DNA from: Candidatus Bathyarchaeota archaeon
GTDB lineage: Archaea; Thermoproteota; Bathyarchaeia; 40CM-2-53-6
DNA: 58,433 nt
Reading direction: 5' to 3'
Assembly (NCBI GenBank): GCA_005883075.1
Contig: VBAX01000051.1
Location: 1 to 58,433, forward strand
In this document: in pieces, positions 28,098 to 38,466 of the stretch
Numbering within the stretch: position 1 is the stretch's first letter
How the letters are laid out: each line of letters starts with the position of its first letter
Program-made: the position numbers and the translations under genes
Notes under the pieces: generated by a model
The model's input: the letters and a program-made list of their open reading frames with translations, nothing else
What the model was told of the DNA's origin: nothing
Databases searched by the model: none

Positions 28098-28567
28098 GCA
28101 TGGGACGCGGGTTTCAGTCCGTATCCGTTTACGAATATCCAATCAAGGAACTGCAAGACCTCGGGTGTTATATCGCACCATAGATGGACCCCGCTCGGCA
28201 GGCAGTCTATACGTCCTGTGAGCAGAGTCGCCTTGAACCCTTCGTGGCCAAAACGGGCAGGGTCAAATGATTTGGGGCCAAGCGGTTGAATCGCTTGCCT
28301 AGCATCCTCTTCTGTCAATGTATCGAACTTCTTCCGGTTCTTGTCCACTAGAATAGTCAAGTTTCTGCGTCCAATGCGGGCGGCTTCCGGTCTTTCCTGG
28401 CCGGGTGGAAAGTTGATCTGTATGAGAACCCCCCAGCGGTCGCCGACTTCGCTGGCAATCCAGTTGATCGTCTCAAAGGCCCGCAAAGTACGATCCTCCC
28501 AGAGACTCTCGAATTCTCCACGGCGCTTGTCAAGTGTGTCCCAGAGGTCTTTGACGATCCAGCTCAT
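28094..28567 (-). CDS. Hypothetical protein
   Basis: 157-aa ORF, ATGA-coupled to the upstream gene. Confidence 0.7.
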   Translation of the reverse strand: MSWIVKDLWDTLDKRRGEFESLWEDRTLRAFETINWIASEVGDRWGVLIQINFPPGQERPEAARIGRRNLTILVDKNRKKFDTLTEEDARQAIQPLGPKSFDPARFGHEGFKATLLTGRIDCLPSGVHLWCDITPEVLQFLDWIFVNGYGLKPASHA

Positions 28568-28932
28568 TTGGCCTTGACCTTCTTCTCTAGGACACTCTTC
28601 AGGGTCTTGATGAAACGGGAATTGGGAACAATGTAATCGATCTTCACTTTCTCTGCCTTCAGCTTAAGGTCCGTTCTGACATGGGGGAATGACCCCAAAA
28701 TCTCAGGTTGGGATGTCATGGCCCTCAACTGTTGGGCGCATGAGAACGGATCGTAGTCCGATGCGGCTAGGTCGAGGACGACCAAGTCTGGGTGCATCGA
28801 GTTCGTTTCTCTAATCAAATCTTCCTCACTTGTTACGATCTTGGCAATCGCACCCAGCGACTTTGCAAGCTCCATGATTCTTGAATGGAGGAACAGGTCT
28901 GTAGTTATCGCGAGAACTTGAACAGCCATCAT
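28564..28932 (-). CDS. Atypical stand-alone receiver (CheY-like) domain
   Basis: VLAITTD...PDLVVLDL pattern; conserved receiver Lys not evident. Confidence 0.7.
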   Translation of the reverse strand: MMAVQVLAITTDLFLHSRIMELAKSLGAIAKIVTSEEDLIRETNSMHPDLVVLDLAASDYDPFSCAQQLRAMTSQPEILGSFPHVRTDLKLKAEKVKIDYIVPNSRFIKTLKSVLEKKVKAK

Positions 28933-28984
28933 TGGTTCACTCTGAAGATAGTTATAGGACTCCTCGATTCAGATACCAGTCGGA

Positions 28985-29914
28985 ATGCCGCTCACATCTA
29001 ACTTTGCCGGCAGAGACATAGTTAGCGTTCGCGACCTATCCCGATCAGAGATTGATCATATTCTGGACATGGCCCAGGTCATGGAGCCCCTGGCGAAGAC
29101 GGGGTCCGATATGCTTCATGGGAAGATAATGGCGACCCTATTCTACGAGCCCAGCACTCGCACGAAATTGAGCTTCGAGTCTGCGATGACGCGGCTCGGC
29201 GGGACGGCTCTCGGATTTGCAGAGACAAAGGGGACATCTGTGGAGAAGGGTGAAAACCTCGCAGATACAGTGCGGGTTGTCGAGAACTATGCGGACGTGC
29301 TGGTGGTCAGGCACCCTCTAGAGGGAGCGGCGCGAATGGCGGCCGAGTTCTCAAGGGTCCCAGTGATTAACGCGGGATCGGGTGCGGAGGAGCATCCTAC
29401 TCAGGCATTACTCGACCTATACACGATCAAAAAAGAGCTGGGCACTATTGATGGTATTAGCATAGGGCTCATCGGGGACTTGCGGTATGGCCGGACGGTT
29501 CACTCGCTCGCCTATGCGCTAGCGAAATACAAGGTGAGATTGGTCCTCATCTCCCCAGAGATACTGCGGATGAGGAAAGAGGTCTTGGAAGAGGTCTCGA
29601 AAAAAATTGACGTTGAAGAAACTACATCATTGCAGCAACACTTGAAAGAATTAGATGTCATCTACATGACGAGGGTCCAGAAGGAACGATTCGGAGATCT
29701 AGCCGAATACGAGAAGGTCAAGGGGTCCTACAGACTGACATCAGATGAGTTATCCCGAGCAAAGAAGAGTTCGATAGTGATGCATCCGTTGCCGAGAGTC
29801 GATGAGATAGACTCTAGTGTCGACTCAACGAGCCATGCGAAATATTTTCCACAGGTCGGGAACGGCGTGGTGCTGAGGATGGGATTACTCGGCTTGGTCT
29901 TTGGAGCCGTCTAG
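28985..29914 (+). CDS. pyrB: Aspartate carbamoyltransferase catalytic subunit
   Basis: FYEPSTRT, HPTQALLD, GDLRYGRTVHSL, MHPLPR. Confidence 0.98.
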   Translation: MPLTSNFAGRDIVSVRDLSRSEIDHILDMAQVMEPLAKTGSDMLHGKIMATLFYEPSTRTKLSFESAMTRLGGTALGFAETKGTSVEKGENLADTVRVVENYADVLVVRHPLEGAARMAAEFSRVPVINAGSGAEEHPTQALLDLYTIKKELGTIDGISIGLIGDLRYGRTVHSLAYALAKYKVRLVLISPEILRMRKEVLEEVSKKIDVEETTSLQQHLKELDVIYMTRVQKERFGDLAEYEKVKGSYRLTSDELSRAKKSSIVMHPLPRVDEIDSSVDSTSHAKYFPQVGNGVVLRMGLLGLVFGAV

Positions 29915-29941
29915 CATATTCGACGATTCTTGCATAACCCC

Positions 29942-32900
29942 TCACTGAACACTCAAAACTGTGTAGGGCAACGTGGTGCTGTCGACCACTACGGTGATCG
30001 TAGTTGGAACAGTAGTGCTTGTATTGCTGATCCTGTAAATGTCGGTTGTCGTTAGGGTCTCAGCCTTTGCAAGGACCTGAACTGTCGTCGTACTCGTTAT
30101 TTTTATTCCAAGAATCCATCGAGTGTTTCCCCCTTGCTCGTATTGGTATCGGTAGGCCAGAGTGCCATTGACGGTCGCCTGTGTTGTCGATATGCCGATG
30201 GTGCTGACAGCTTTTGTCGTTGCGCTGCCCACTTCGATAGAGCTAGTAGGGTCTTGAATGAAATAGTGGCCCACCTGTTTCGAAGATCCATCGACCACCG
30301 CCACCATTTCTGGCACCGTCAGATTTCCTTGCGTTCCATAGTATGGTATGACATAGATCAGGCGCCCGTTCACCGAATACAGGAGTATGTTTCCAACCGT
30401 CCAGTCGGGGTGGAGCGTTAACTGGGTTTTGATTATCGGGTCGGTCACCACGGCTGATATGGCCGAGTTGGGTCCGATAACTGTCGTTCCCTCAGGGAAC
30501 CTGATCAGATAGACTTGCCCTGTCCGGACTCCTGCTGGAGCGATGTAGAGACCTGCAAGGTTCTGAGATGGGCTGTGGTAAATTTCCACCAGCCTGACGG
30601 CAGCCCACGTCAGGGTCCCGTTGATCGGCATGATTATGAACCGGGTGGTTTCAGTAGATTGAAGGAAGACATTCCTCTGCCATTGCAGCGGATCTGTCTG
30701 GAAGTAGAAATTGTACACGTCTTGTTGAGTGTTGAAGTATGTCTCAGGATATCTCAGCTGAGGGAGGAGCCAGGAAGGCATTTGCTGGTTCCACTGAGGA
30801 TACATGGAATTGTAGAACGACCTGACGTAATCGTTCTTGCCACTGTTGTACAGATACCCTGTAACATCTCCGGTCTTCATGTCGGTGAGCGTTGCTGCGA
30901 AGAGTCTGAGAATCGATGTGTCAGCATGGTCTGGATAGTCTGCGAAGTTGCTAGGACTCTGCCAGTCTATCCAAACCCAGTGCAGCAGGTAGATGTTTCC
31001 CTGTCTGTCCACCACCGGGTAAGGATCTGGATCTAGCCGCATGTTGGGCAATAGAATGTTAGAGATTCTGGCGTCCGCATCTCGGTATTCCAATGCTTTG
31101 ATATTGCCGTAGGCTCCGTTTGCGAAGTCGAACCTTCCCTGCCAGAAGAACTTCCAGTACAACCAGAAGCCCTTGTAGGTATAGTCCGCTGTTCCATTGT
31201 AGGAAGGCGGTCCTGTGTAGCCTGATAGGTGGGTCTCGTTGAAGCCTGGAATATTCAGGTAGACCTCGTCCACCGACTGCCATAACCCTCCTTCTCCATA
31301 GTAGACCTGGGGAGATTGGGTCAGGTTCCAGATCTTTGTTATGTCCACAGCTTGTGTCGTGGCCGCGTCAACCGCGAGGACCTTCTCCGAATGCGTCAGC
31401 AAGAGATGTTGGGTGCGCCAGACATCAGGGTCGTTCGGGAGGCCAGCTTGTATAAGCTGGAGAATGGATACCCAGTACTCTTTGCCGTTGATGTAGATGA
31501 TGTCGACAGGAGCGTTGTCGATGGACATCCAGTTGACCCCGACTAGCGGTTTCATGTTCAGTCGGGCCGACTGGTTGGTGAATATGCGGATGTGGTCCAG
31601 TGTATTAGTCTGGTTTCCTAAGCTCTTTATGAGAGACTGATCAGCGCTAGTGACCGAGTCCACTCCGTACGCCCAGCGAGTGTACTGTATGGTTGGGACG
31701 TAAGCTGGGCTCCATTGATAATTGATGTATTGGCCTGACTGGGCCCGAAGATAGGTCCCGTACACAGGAAGCGTGATTGTTGAAGCTAGGACGATTGCGA
31801 GTATTACGAGCCCTTTAACCAGGGTGATCTTGATACGCAGTATTCTCGGGGTTCGTGTGAATCCGGCCACGAACGCTACCCCGATCATCACGATGACCAG
31901 GGTGGAGAGAATGAAGGATGTGCCTACGTCATAGACCCAGGCCCCACTGCTTAGCACTAGGTAGATAATTGGTAGAGCGGCAATGACGAATACGTTGCTG
32001 AGCGCGATCCGAGACATCCCGAAGGCCTTCTTTGAAAGTCCCACCATAGCGTTTGCAAGGAGCGCGACTCCGAGTCTGATTCCTACCACAGCAAAGGCTA
32101 GGCCGATTATTGACAGGATGAACTTGAAGACTTCAAATGTGAAGACGTTGTCGATGCCGAAAGTCGGCGACACTTGGTAAGTTCCCGATAGTCTTGTTGC
32201 GAGGATTGAGAAGTAGTTCTGTACTTGTGCGAACCAGGTGCCGTTTGTTTGGACAAGATATTCTGTATGGTGACGAATCTTAGGGCGATGTCATTGGCGA
32301 TGGCTGCCGCGATTCCTAGGGCGAGGAGAAACTTGATCGTCGTCCACGCTAGGAATGGGGGAGAGGAGACTGGGAACTTGTCGTTCCATTGCAACTTGCC
32401 ATTCTTCGATAGGACGGCATGGTCAGGGGTCTCTCCAATATCCCAGTCAAAGGATGGTCTTGGGCCGGATTCATAGTAGCTTCTTCTGGTGGACTGCATG
32501 ATCGCTCCCAGGTTCGTCCGGAATAGTAGTCGAAGAATTCCGAGGAGTTTGCTGTGCATGTAGAAATGTCTCTTCCCATCGCTTCCCGTAACTGACGAGA
32601 TTCTCGGGTCGCTGAGCATGAATAGAGCCGTCAGGAGGAGAGTTGTCCAGATGACCGCTCCGTTCAGGTACTGAAGGTTGAGAAAGTTGATTCCTGCTTT
32701 CGTGGCATAGGTTGAATATTTCACGTCAAAGGTGAGACCATTGTTCACCCCGAGGGTAAAGGCAGCGAAACAGGCGAGACCGAGAAGAATATGGTATACA
32801 ACCCAAGGGGTCCGAGAACCAGACTGGCGTTGAACCCTTGGAGACAAGAATGATCCAACGAGTACTAGGGCCAAAAGCAGAGCAGCGGTAGCAACGAACT

Positions 32901-33054
32901 CTGTGGCAAGGACCCAGAGCCCAAGCCCTGTGTTGAAGACGGAAAGTTCTCTGAGAAGAGCGAACTGTATTCCGAGAACGATTATGATGGCGAGAATTCC
33001 AGTGAGGAGACCTATTCCAAAGGATCCCTTCAAACCAGCTCGGATCTCTGTCAA
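29942..33054 (-). pseudogene. UPF0182-like membrane protein split by a 1-nt frameshift near 32260
   Basis: ORFs 32107-33054 and 29942-32173 join as ...TIQ[fs]YLVQTNGTWFAQVQNYFS...; motifs QYTRWAYG, QVYYGE, DPDPYPV, QLRYPE, VGNILLY. Confidence 0.7.
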
Positions 33055-33167
33055 AGTGGGCGCTTCCTAACTCCTAGTCAAACGGTCAATGAGATAAACT
33101 CAATTGGGTCTGTCCGACCGATTGTAACACCGTTGTCTGATGTATTGCAAGGGGCGCCTTGGTCTGT

Positions 33168-35411
33168 TTATGAGAAGTCATTGGCTGCGATTCTGTCTAG
33201 GTCTCTCCGCCTTGGTTCGGTCCACAGGTCGAGTGGAATCAGTCTACCAGCATACTTCGCGATAATTGTCAGCTTGTCTGAATCGCACCTTGAGCACTTT
33301 GCATGGACTCCGGTATCGACGTAATAACATGACTGACACCGGGACAATATTCTAGAAAACGTGAAGTGTTTGACTCCCGATTCTGCGAGTAGTTGGGATG
33401 CTTTCGTCAAACCTACGGCCTCTACTTTGTCTCCTAATAGGAGCGGCAGGATTGATCCTCCGTCGAGGAATCTCTGAACTTCTCCCTCAATAGAGGCGCG
33501 TGACGAGAATGGAATCTTCTGGGTAAGCGGGATCGCCGACATATCAGTGTAGTATGGGTATCGCTTGGATCCTTGATACACGATTGTTGAGAAACCGTAT
33601 TTTTCAGAGTCGATACCCGCAAGCCTCGATGATGCTTCGGGAGACGGATGAAGCCCAACCCGAATTCTAAGCTTACGAGAGTCGGTTTCCGATATCGCGC
33701 GTCTCGCGGTCTCGATGATTTTTTTGACAAAGACAAGAGAATCCTTGTTGTCCACATCCTTCTTTATGTGGTGCTTTACCGCCTCGTTCAATCCGAGGAG
33801 GCTAATCTCTGCCATCGGGTGAGATCCATAGTAGGTGCTCCCATTTGTCTGCCAAGAAAGCAGCGGCAGAAGTCCCTCTCGCATTCGTTCATGAATAGCT
33901 TGTCCGCGAATCTCTAGGGCCCTAACTGCCTCGTCTACGGCGTTCGTCACTCCTTGGAGAAATCGCTCGTCTTTCCATGCTGATTCATACGCGATTCTTG
34001 GCAGATTGACTTGGACCGTTCCCACCAGCGCTCCTCTGGCCACATCGCCCATGCTGTCGGTGACGAACATGCAGCCGTCTGAAGATACGGTGTAAGATTC
34101 TCCCGGATTTTGTATCAGATAATTCATGATGGAGTATCTTAGAGAGGTCTCGTGGGCCATTGAGAGAAGTCCATCGGGTTCAGAGAGTTTGTTGCGATCG
34201 AGTCTCAGGGTGATCGAGGGATTGACAAGTGGATTGTCTTGAGCAATTTCTTGAGCTGCATCGATCATTGTGCGGAGTAACTCCTCAGCTTCGCGTGCGT
34301 AGTCTGCGTACTTGCCCTCTGTTTTTCCGTTGGGACCAATCGCATCGGATTGTCCGAGGATGTTTGGGGCGACACGATCGAGCCCAATGGTCGACCGTGA
34401 AGGAAGTGTGTTTGAGAAACCTTCCCAGTTCAGCTGAGAGAGAAAGAGTCGGACGGCTTCTTGGACCCTTTGACTTGGGACGCCCTTGACGAATGGTGCG
34501 AGAAGGATGTTAACGTGATCGAGTACTTGCTCCTCGGATACCTGCCCTTCGGTCACTCTTGCCAGCCGCAGCAGTGTTCCTAGCGCGCTTTCGAAAGAGA
34601 TGGGTGGTTGCGATCCAGGCAGTCCTTTTCGGAAGAACGGGCGTGGGTCATGTGAAAAGACGCTGGGTTTGAGGATCCAGGACTCCGCGTCTTCTAGGTG
34701 GATTTGTCCCGAGAAATGTGCATCGACCAGAGGTCGTGGAAGACTATTGAGCAAGACATACTCTTCGGTCACCGCCGCGCCTGCGGACGATTGAACCCAA
34801 GCCGAGTCAAGGCGCTTCTGTCCTGCCTCCCTTAGAAGGACTGTCACGTCGTTGACGGGGAGTCCAAGTCGAGTTAGTTTGTGGCGGTACTCTTCGAGCT
34901 TTCTCTCGACGAGGATGGTATTGACAAGCTCGCGTACTAGGGGCGCAGTGAGGTAAGTTGTCCCGAATCGCAAGAGCCTCTCTTCTGCTTCAGACGCAAT
35001 CTCGTCAGCTAGGCTCTGAGGCATACCGGCTTCAGTTACAAGTGATGAAGCGATTCTGGTCCGGTCAAATTCCTCTATCGTCATTTTGGAGGTTCGGACG
35101 AACAGGCGGCCTCGCTTGACCGCGACCCATTCCTCTAAGTCGCGCGAGAACTCGACGAGTATCTTTCCGAGGTCTGTTATACTGTACTTTTTCGTGCCTT
35201 TTTCGTTCGCAACCAAACCGGCCTTACGAAGGGTTTTGAGATGATAGACGAACTTTCCAGCGTCCCGCACAGGATCCATCTTCGCTTCGTACATTATCTC
35301 AGTGTACGGAAGAGGACCTTTGGAGACTAACAGCTTGAGAATGTGAAGCCGAACGGGGGCAGAAGCAGCGTCTAGAACATCCGAACTGAAGCGCTCGTAG
35401 GATCGCTGCAA
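33168..35411 (-). CDS. wHTH + ATP-cone + degenerate class III ribonucleotide reductase (NrdD-like) fusion
   Basis: ArsR-like N-terminus; VRTSKMTIEEFDRTRI ATP-cone; NrdD-like AHFSGQIHL, VNLPRIAYE, GLNEAV, YYT, CQSC/CSRC; catalytic motifs altered. Confidence 0.85.
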   Translation of the reverse strand: MQRSYERFSSDVLDAASAPVRLHILKLLVSKGPLPYTEIMYEAKMDPVRDAGKFVYHLKTLRKAGLVANEKGTKKYSITDLGKILVEFSRDLEEWVAVKRGRLFVRTSKMTIEEFDRTRIASSLVTEAGMPQSLADEIASEAEERLLRFGTTYLTAPLVRELVNTILVERKLEEYRHKLTRLGLPVNDVTVLLREAGQKRLDSAWVQSSAGAAVTEEYVLLNSLPRPLVDAHFSGQIHLEDAESWILKPSVFSHDPRPFFRKGLPGSQPPISFESALGTLLRLARVTEGQVSEEQVLDHVNILLAPFVKGVPSQRVQEAVRLFLSQLNWEGFSNTLPSRSTIGLDRVAPNILGQSDAIGPNGKTEGKYADYAREAEELLRTMIDAAQEIAQDNPLVNPSITLRLDRNKLSEPDGLLSMAHETSLRYSIMNYLIQNPGESYTVSSDGCMFVTDSMGDVARGALVGTVQVNLPRIAYESAWKDERFLQGVTNAVDEAVRALEIRGQAIHERMREGLLPLLSWQTNGSTYYGSHPMAEISLLGLNEAVKHHIKKDVDNKDSLVFVKKIIETARRAISETDSRKLRIRVGLHPSPEASSRLAGIDSEKYGFSTIVYQGSKRYPYYTDMSAIPLTQKIPFSSRASIEGEVQRFLDGGSILPLLLGDKVEAVGLTKASQLLAESGVKHFTFSRILSRCQSCYYVDTGVHAKCSRCDSDKLTIIAKYAGRLIPLDLWTEPRRRDLDRIAANDFS

Positions 35412-35467
35412 GAAAAGGTCAAGAGCCTTCTACCCCAAACCTGTTTAAAAAATTGTACTTGACTACA

Positions 35468-35713
35468 TCATATTGGACTCTGACTTCTGTCAGGAGCGGT
35501 TCGGCGGCATACAGTGCACGTTTTCCAGCCTAACGTGTCCACGCTGAAAAGCTGTTCCCGCCCGCAACTCGTGCAGTACTGGTGGAATCCTGTGGGATGC
35601 CGCGGTTCTGATAGAGTCTCGGTCGATGTTGCCGCTCGCATGTTCGGGTCTTTCTTAGGAATAGGTTTCGCCAAACGCTGGAGGTAGTCCTTGCTGAACT
35701 TGAGTTTTGGCAC
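35468..35713 (-). CDS. Small zinc-finger protein
   Basis: YCTSCGR...WKTCTVCRR. Confidence 0.65.
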   Translation of the reverse strand: MPKLKFSKDYLQRLAKPIPKKDPNMRAATSTETLSEPRHPTGFHQYCTSCGREQLFSVDTLGWKTCTVCRRTAPDRSQSPI

Positions 35714-35886
35714 CGCTACCCACCATACATGTCACTCTCTAGGCTTTGAGGACTTGGGTCCACCGAATTGCTGCCATGTGGACGGTCAACGTGACACAAC
35801 AATCACATTGGTTCCCACCCAAACACCGCGAAGGAGACAATTTCTTGAAATCTTTCACGCCCCTCATCAATTCATGAGGCAATAAT

Positions 35887-37320
35887 TTGATAGCCTCGGG
35901 AACGAAACCCGATCCTCAAGCTCTCGAATCCTCGGTAGTCCGTGCGACATCATCTCCTATGATGAACATGTTCTTGGAGTTTCTCGAAGTTCCCGGAAAC
36001 GTCCTTCTCATCCAAGGAGCACCCGGCACTGGGAAAACAACTCTCGCCTTCGAGATCCTGAATGCTGTTGCGGACTCGCGCAGGGTCTACGCGTCCAGCA
36101 GGGTCTCACCCGTGAAGTTGCGTATTCAGTTTCCTTGGATCGATGAGGTTATCGATTCTATGTCCGGGAGATCGTCCAAGGCCAGCTGGAATGACGAATT
36201 CCACGACCTCCGCGGCTCCGACACCGACAGTGTCTTTTCGAAGGTCGTACGCCTGAAACAGGCGAAACAGAAATCAATCCTTGTCGTAGATAGCTGGGAG
36301 GGAGCGTTGAGAAACGCGACACCTGAAGGACGCAAAATGTTGGAGTCAGCCGTCATGTCCGAACTAGATCAGACAAAAGTAAGCGTGATTCTCGTCAGTG
36401 AGGCCGAACGAGCCGACAGCCTCGGTTACCTCGTCGACGGAGTCGTAACCCTCGAACAGAGCGAGCTAGATGGGAGACGAATCAGGTCCCTTGGAGTGGA
36501 CAAGCTAAGAGGATTCAGAGTCCAGAGCCAACATTTCCCCTTCTCCCTGGAAAAGGGAAGGTTCACTTTCTTGGACCAAGAATACGAAAACGGTCCACCG
36601 AATATAGTGAGAAACCCAGAGAAAGTTCCACACACAGAAACCCACTACTCCACTGGGAGCAGGGAACTCGACCTGTTACTGGGAGGTGGCATCCGGAAAG
36701 GTGCTTTCTTCATGATCGACACGGACAGCAACGTTTCCCCGCAGTCGCTGAGATTGTTGATCAATATGATCAGGTCCAATTTCGTCAACCAGGGCGGGGC
36801 CTGCTTCAGCGTTTCAACCGGGACCTTCAGCTCTGAATCCTCAGCGGAGGCACTGAGATCCTACGTAGGCGACAAAGCCTTGGCAGATAAAGTTCGGATA
36901 GTCGAATTCAACTCGCAGCTCCCTTCGAAGCCTTGGAGGCTAAAGTTGAGGGGGCAGCTAATGAGCGATCTCGCAGAGTTCTACAGATCATGGAACGCCT
37001 TGAAAGAAACGTCGAGTGGCATGATGCTAACTATGAACTTTGACAAGCTCGTGCAGGTCTACGGTGAGGAGCTGACACTTCCGGGTTTTACAGAAATAGG
37101 AGAAGGTCTGCGGGACGAGGGGGCCTTCAGCATCGGAATATCGTCACGTCCCACTAAGGTGCGTGATGAGTTTCTCAGACAAGCGGACTATCACATAAAA
37201 GTCCAAAGTTGGAACGGTCATCTTCTGATCTACGGCGTGAAACCTTTCACGCATGTTCACGGGGCTACTTTCAACTTCGACAAGGGATACCCGTCCCTCG
37301 ACCTCATAGAGATCGTCTGA
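35887..37320 (+). CDS. Two-domain KaiC/RecA-superfamily ATPase (GvpD-like)
   Basis: GAPGTGKTT, VVDSW, YLVDGVV, KLRG; second domain STGSRELDLLLGGG lacks Walker A Lys. Confidence 0.85.
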   Translation: MIASGTKPDPQALESSVVRATSSPMMNMFLEFLEVPGNVLLIQGAPGTGKTTLAFEILNAVADSRRVYASSRVSPVKLRIQFPWIDEVIDSMSGRSSKASWNDEFHDLRGSDTDSVFSKVVRLKQAKQKSILVVDSWEGALRNATPEGRKMLESAVMSELDQTKVSVILVSEAERADSLGYLVDGVVTLEQSELDGRRIRSLGVDKLRGFRVQSQHFPFSLEKGRFTFLDQEYENGPPNIVRNPEKVPHTETHYSTGSRELDLLLGGGIRKGAFFMIDTDSNVSPQSLRLLINMIRSNFVNQGGACFSVSTGTFSSESSAEALRSYVGDKALADKVRIVEFNSQLPSKPWRLKLRGQLMSDLAEFYRSWNALKETSSGMMLTMNFDKLVQVYGEELTLPGFTEIGEGLRDEGAFSIGISSRPTKVRDEFLRQADYHIKVQSWNGHLLIYGVKPFTHVHGATFNFDKGYPSLDLIEIV

Positions 37321-37510
37321 GCCTTTCCAGAGACTCACGATTGATTCGCTAGAATTCGATGTGGTATGATCCCAAGTCTAGAAGAAGTACGGAGGTTATC
37401 TCGACTAGGACTTCTGAGTAATTGGACAAGATTGACATTTTCATTGCTTGACTGGGACGCAGTAGAAAAAGTCGGGTCGCCTTTTCTATCCTCCTATAGC
37501 GCTATACTGC

Positions 37511-37825
37511 ATGAGCGATCTGTCGTACAAGCTGGCTGAACTACGACCAGCTCTACGTCCCGTCGCCGAGTCGGCGGCCTGGGTAGCCAGCTTCCTGATC
37601 GCCAACGCCATAAGCCAAGAACCAGTATACTTCCTGATCCTCCTACTTGTCCTCGGCTCAGACGTTCTCGATACCTCTGACAAGAGCAAGGGACTCTTCC
37701 GAGACTTCATAGCAGGAAGCTTCACAGCAGTACTCTCGCTAGCTCTCAATGAACAGTTAGGCATAGTCGTTGGGGCCCTAGTCGCAGTCACGGCAGTTGG
37801 TAGGCTTCTGCAGAAGCTCGTCTAG
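37511..37825 (+). CDS. Small membrane protein
   Basis: 104-aa hydrophobic ORF. Confidence 0.7.
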   Translation: MSDLSYKLAELRPALRPVAESAAWVASFLIANAISQEPVYFLILLLVLGSDVLDTSDKSKGLFRDFIAGSFTAVLSLALNEQLGIVVGALVAVTAVGRLLQKLV

Positions 37826-37945
37826 AACCCAGCTAATCGGGCACCGGATGCCCAGTTTCAGGCTCTTATTCCTTGCCGATCGGATATGGCCTCAGGGGAT
37901 AAGCATAAAACGGCCCAGAGCTATCTGCAGTAGTCTAGAGATACC

Positions 37946-38119
37946 ATGGGCAAAGTAATAGTCTCTTTATCGTCCGAGGCAGAACACTTGGTTAGACAAG
38001 AAGTCGACAAGGTATACTATGGCAGAACAGGAGGCTTCAGCATATTCTTTGAACATCTAGTCCGAACATACTTCAACGGACACAAGAAAGGTCAGACTGG
38101 TCGCAAGGTAGCGAAATAA
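37946..38119 (+). CDS. 57-aa ribbon-helix-helix-like protein
   Basis: MGKVIVSLSSEAEHLVRQEVDKVYYGRTGGFSIFFEHLVRTYF...; strand-helix-helix pattern; not in ORF track. Confidence 0.6.
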   Translation: MGKVIVSLSSEAEHLVRQEVDKVYYGRTGGFSIFFEHLVRTYFNGHKKGQTGRKVAK

Positions 38120-38305
38120 GACACACGCTCTTTCACCAAGAATCGTGGTTCCCGGGTGGCAGTGGGTTCTTACTACCAGTGCTGTTAGTTATCGAATCTT
38201 CAGCCGTGTTTTCTATTCGGCCTAATGGAGCACAGTCCAGCGTGCCTAGTTCCGTTAGCAGTCTAACCAAAGCATTTTGAATCATTGAGTTGGAGGCACG
38301 CGGCA

Positions 38306-38436
38306 GGGGCGGTGGTCCAGACCACCCACCTGTGGGGACAGCTTGGTCTAAGAGAACTGGCAGGCAACTACCAGTTCTAGGAAATACTGGTCTCGGGCAC
38401 CAGTGATCGTGGGTTCAAATCCCACCCGCCCCACCA
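38306..38436 (+). tRNA. tRNA-Pro(CGG) with two introns (38321-38341, 38353-38383) and encoded CCA
   Basis: Acceptor GGGGCGG/CCGCCCC-A-CCA; anticodon arm CTGGT-CTCGGGC-ACCAG; T arm GTGGG-TTCAAAT-CCCAC; both introns bounded by BHB-like motifs. Confidence 0.92.
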
Positions 38437-38466
38437 CAGATCTGAACACCCCGAAAGGGGCCAAGC

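Noticed and set aside
33168-35411. Plain annotation as active nrdD
   Set aside because: Several catalytic motifs are altered and no activase is nearby; gene symbol withheld
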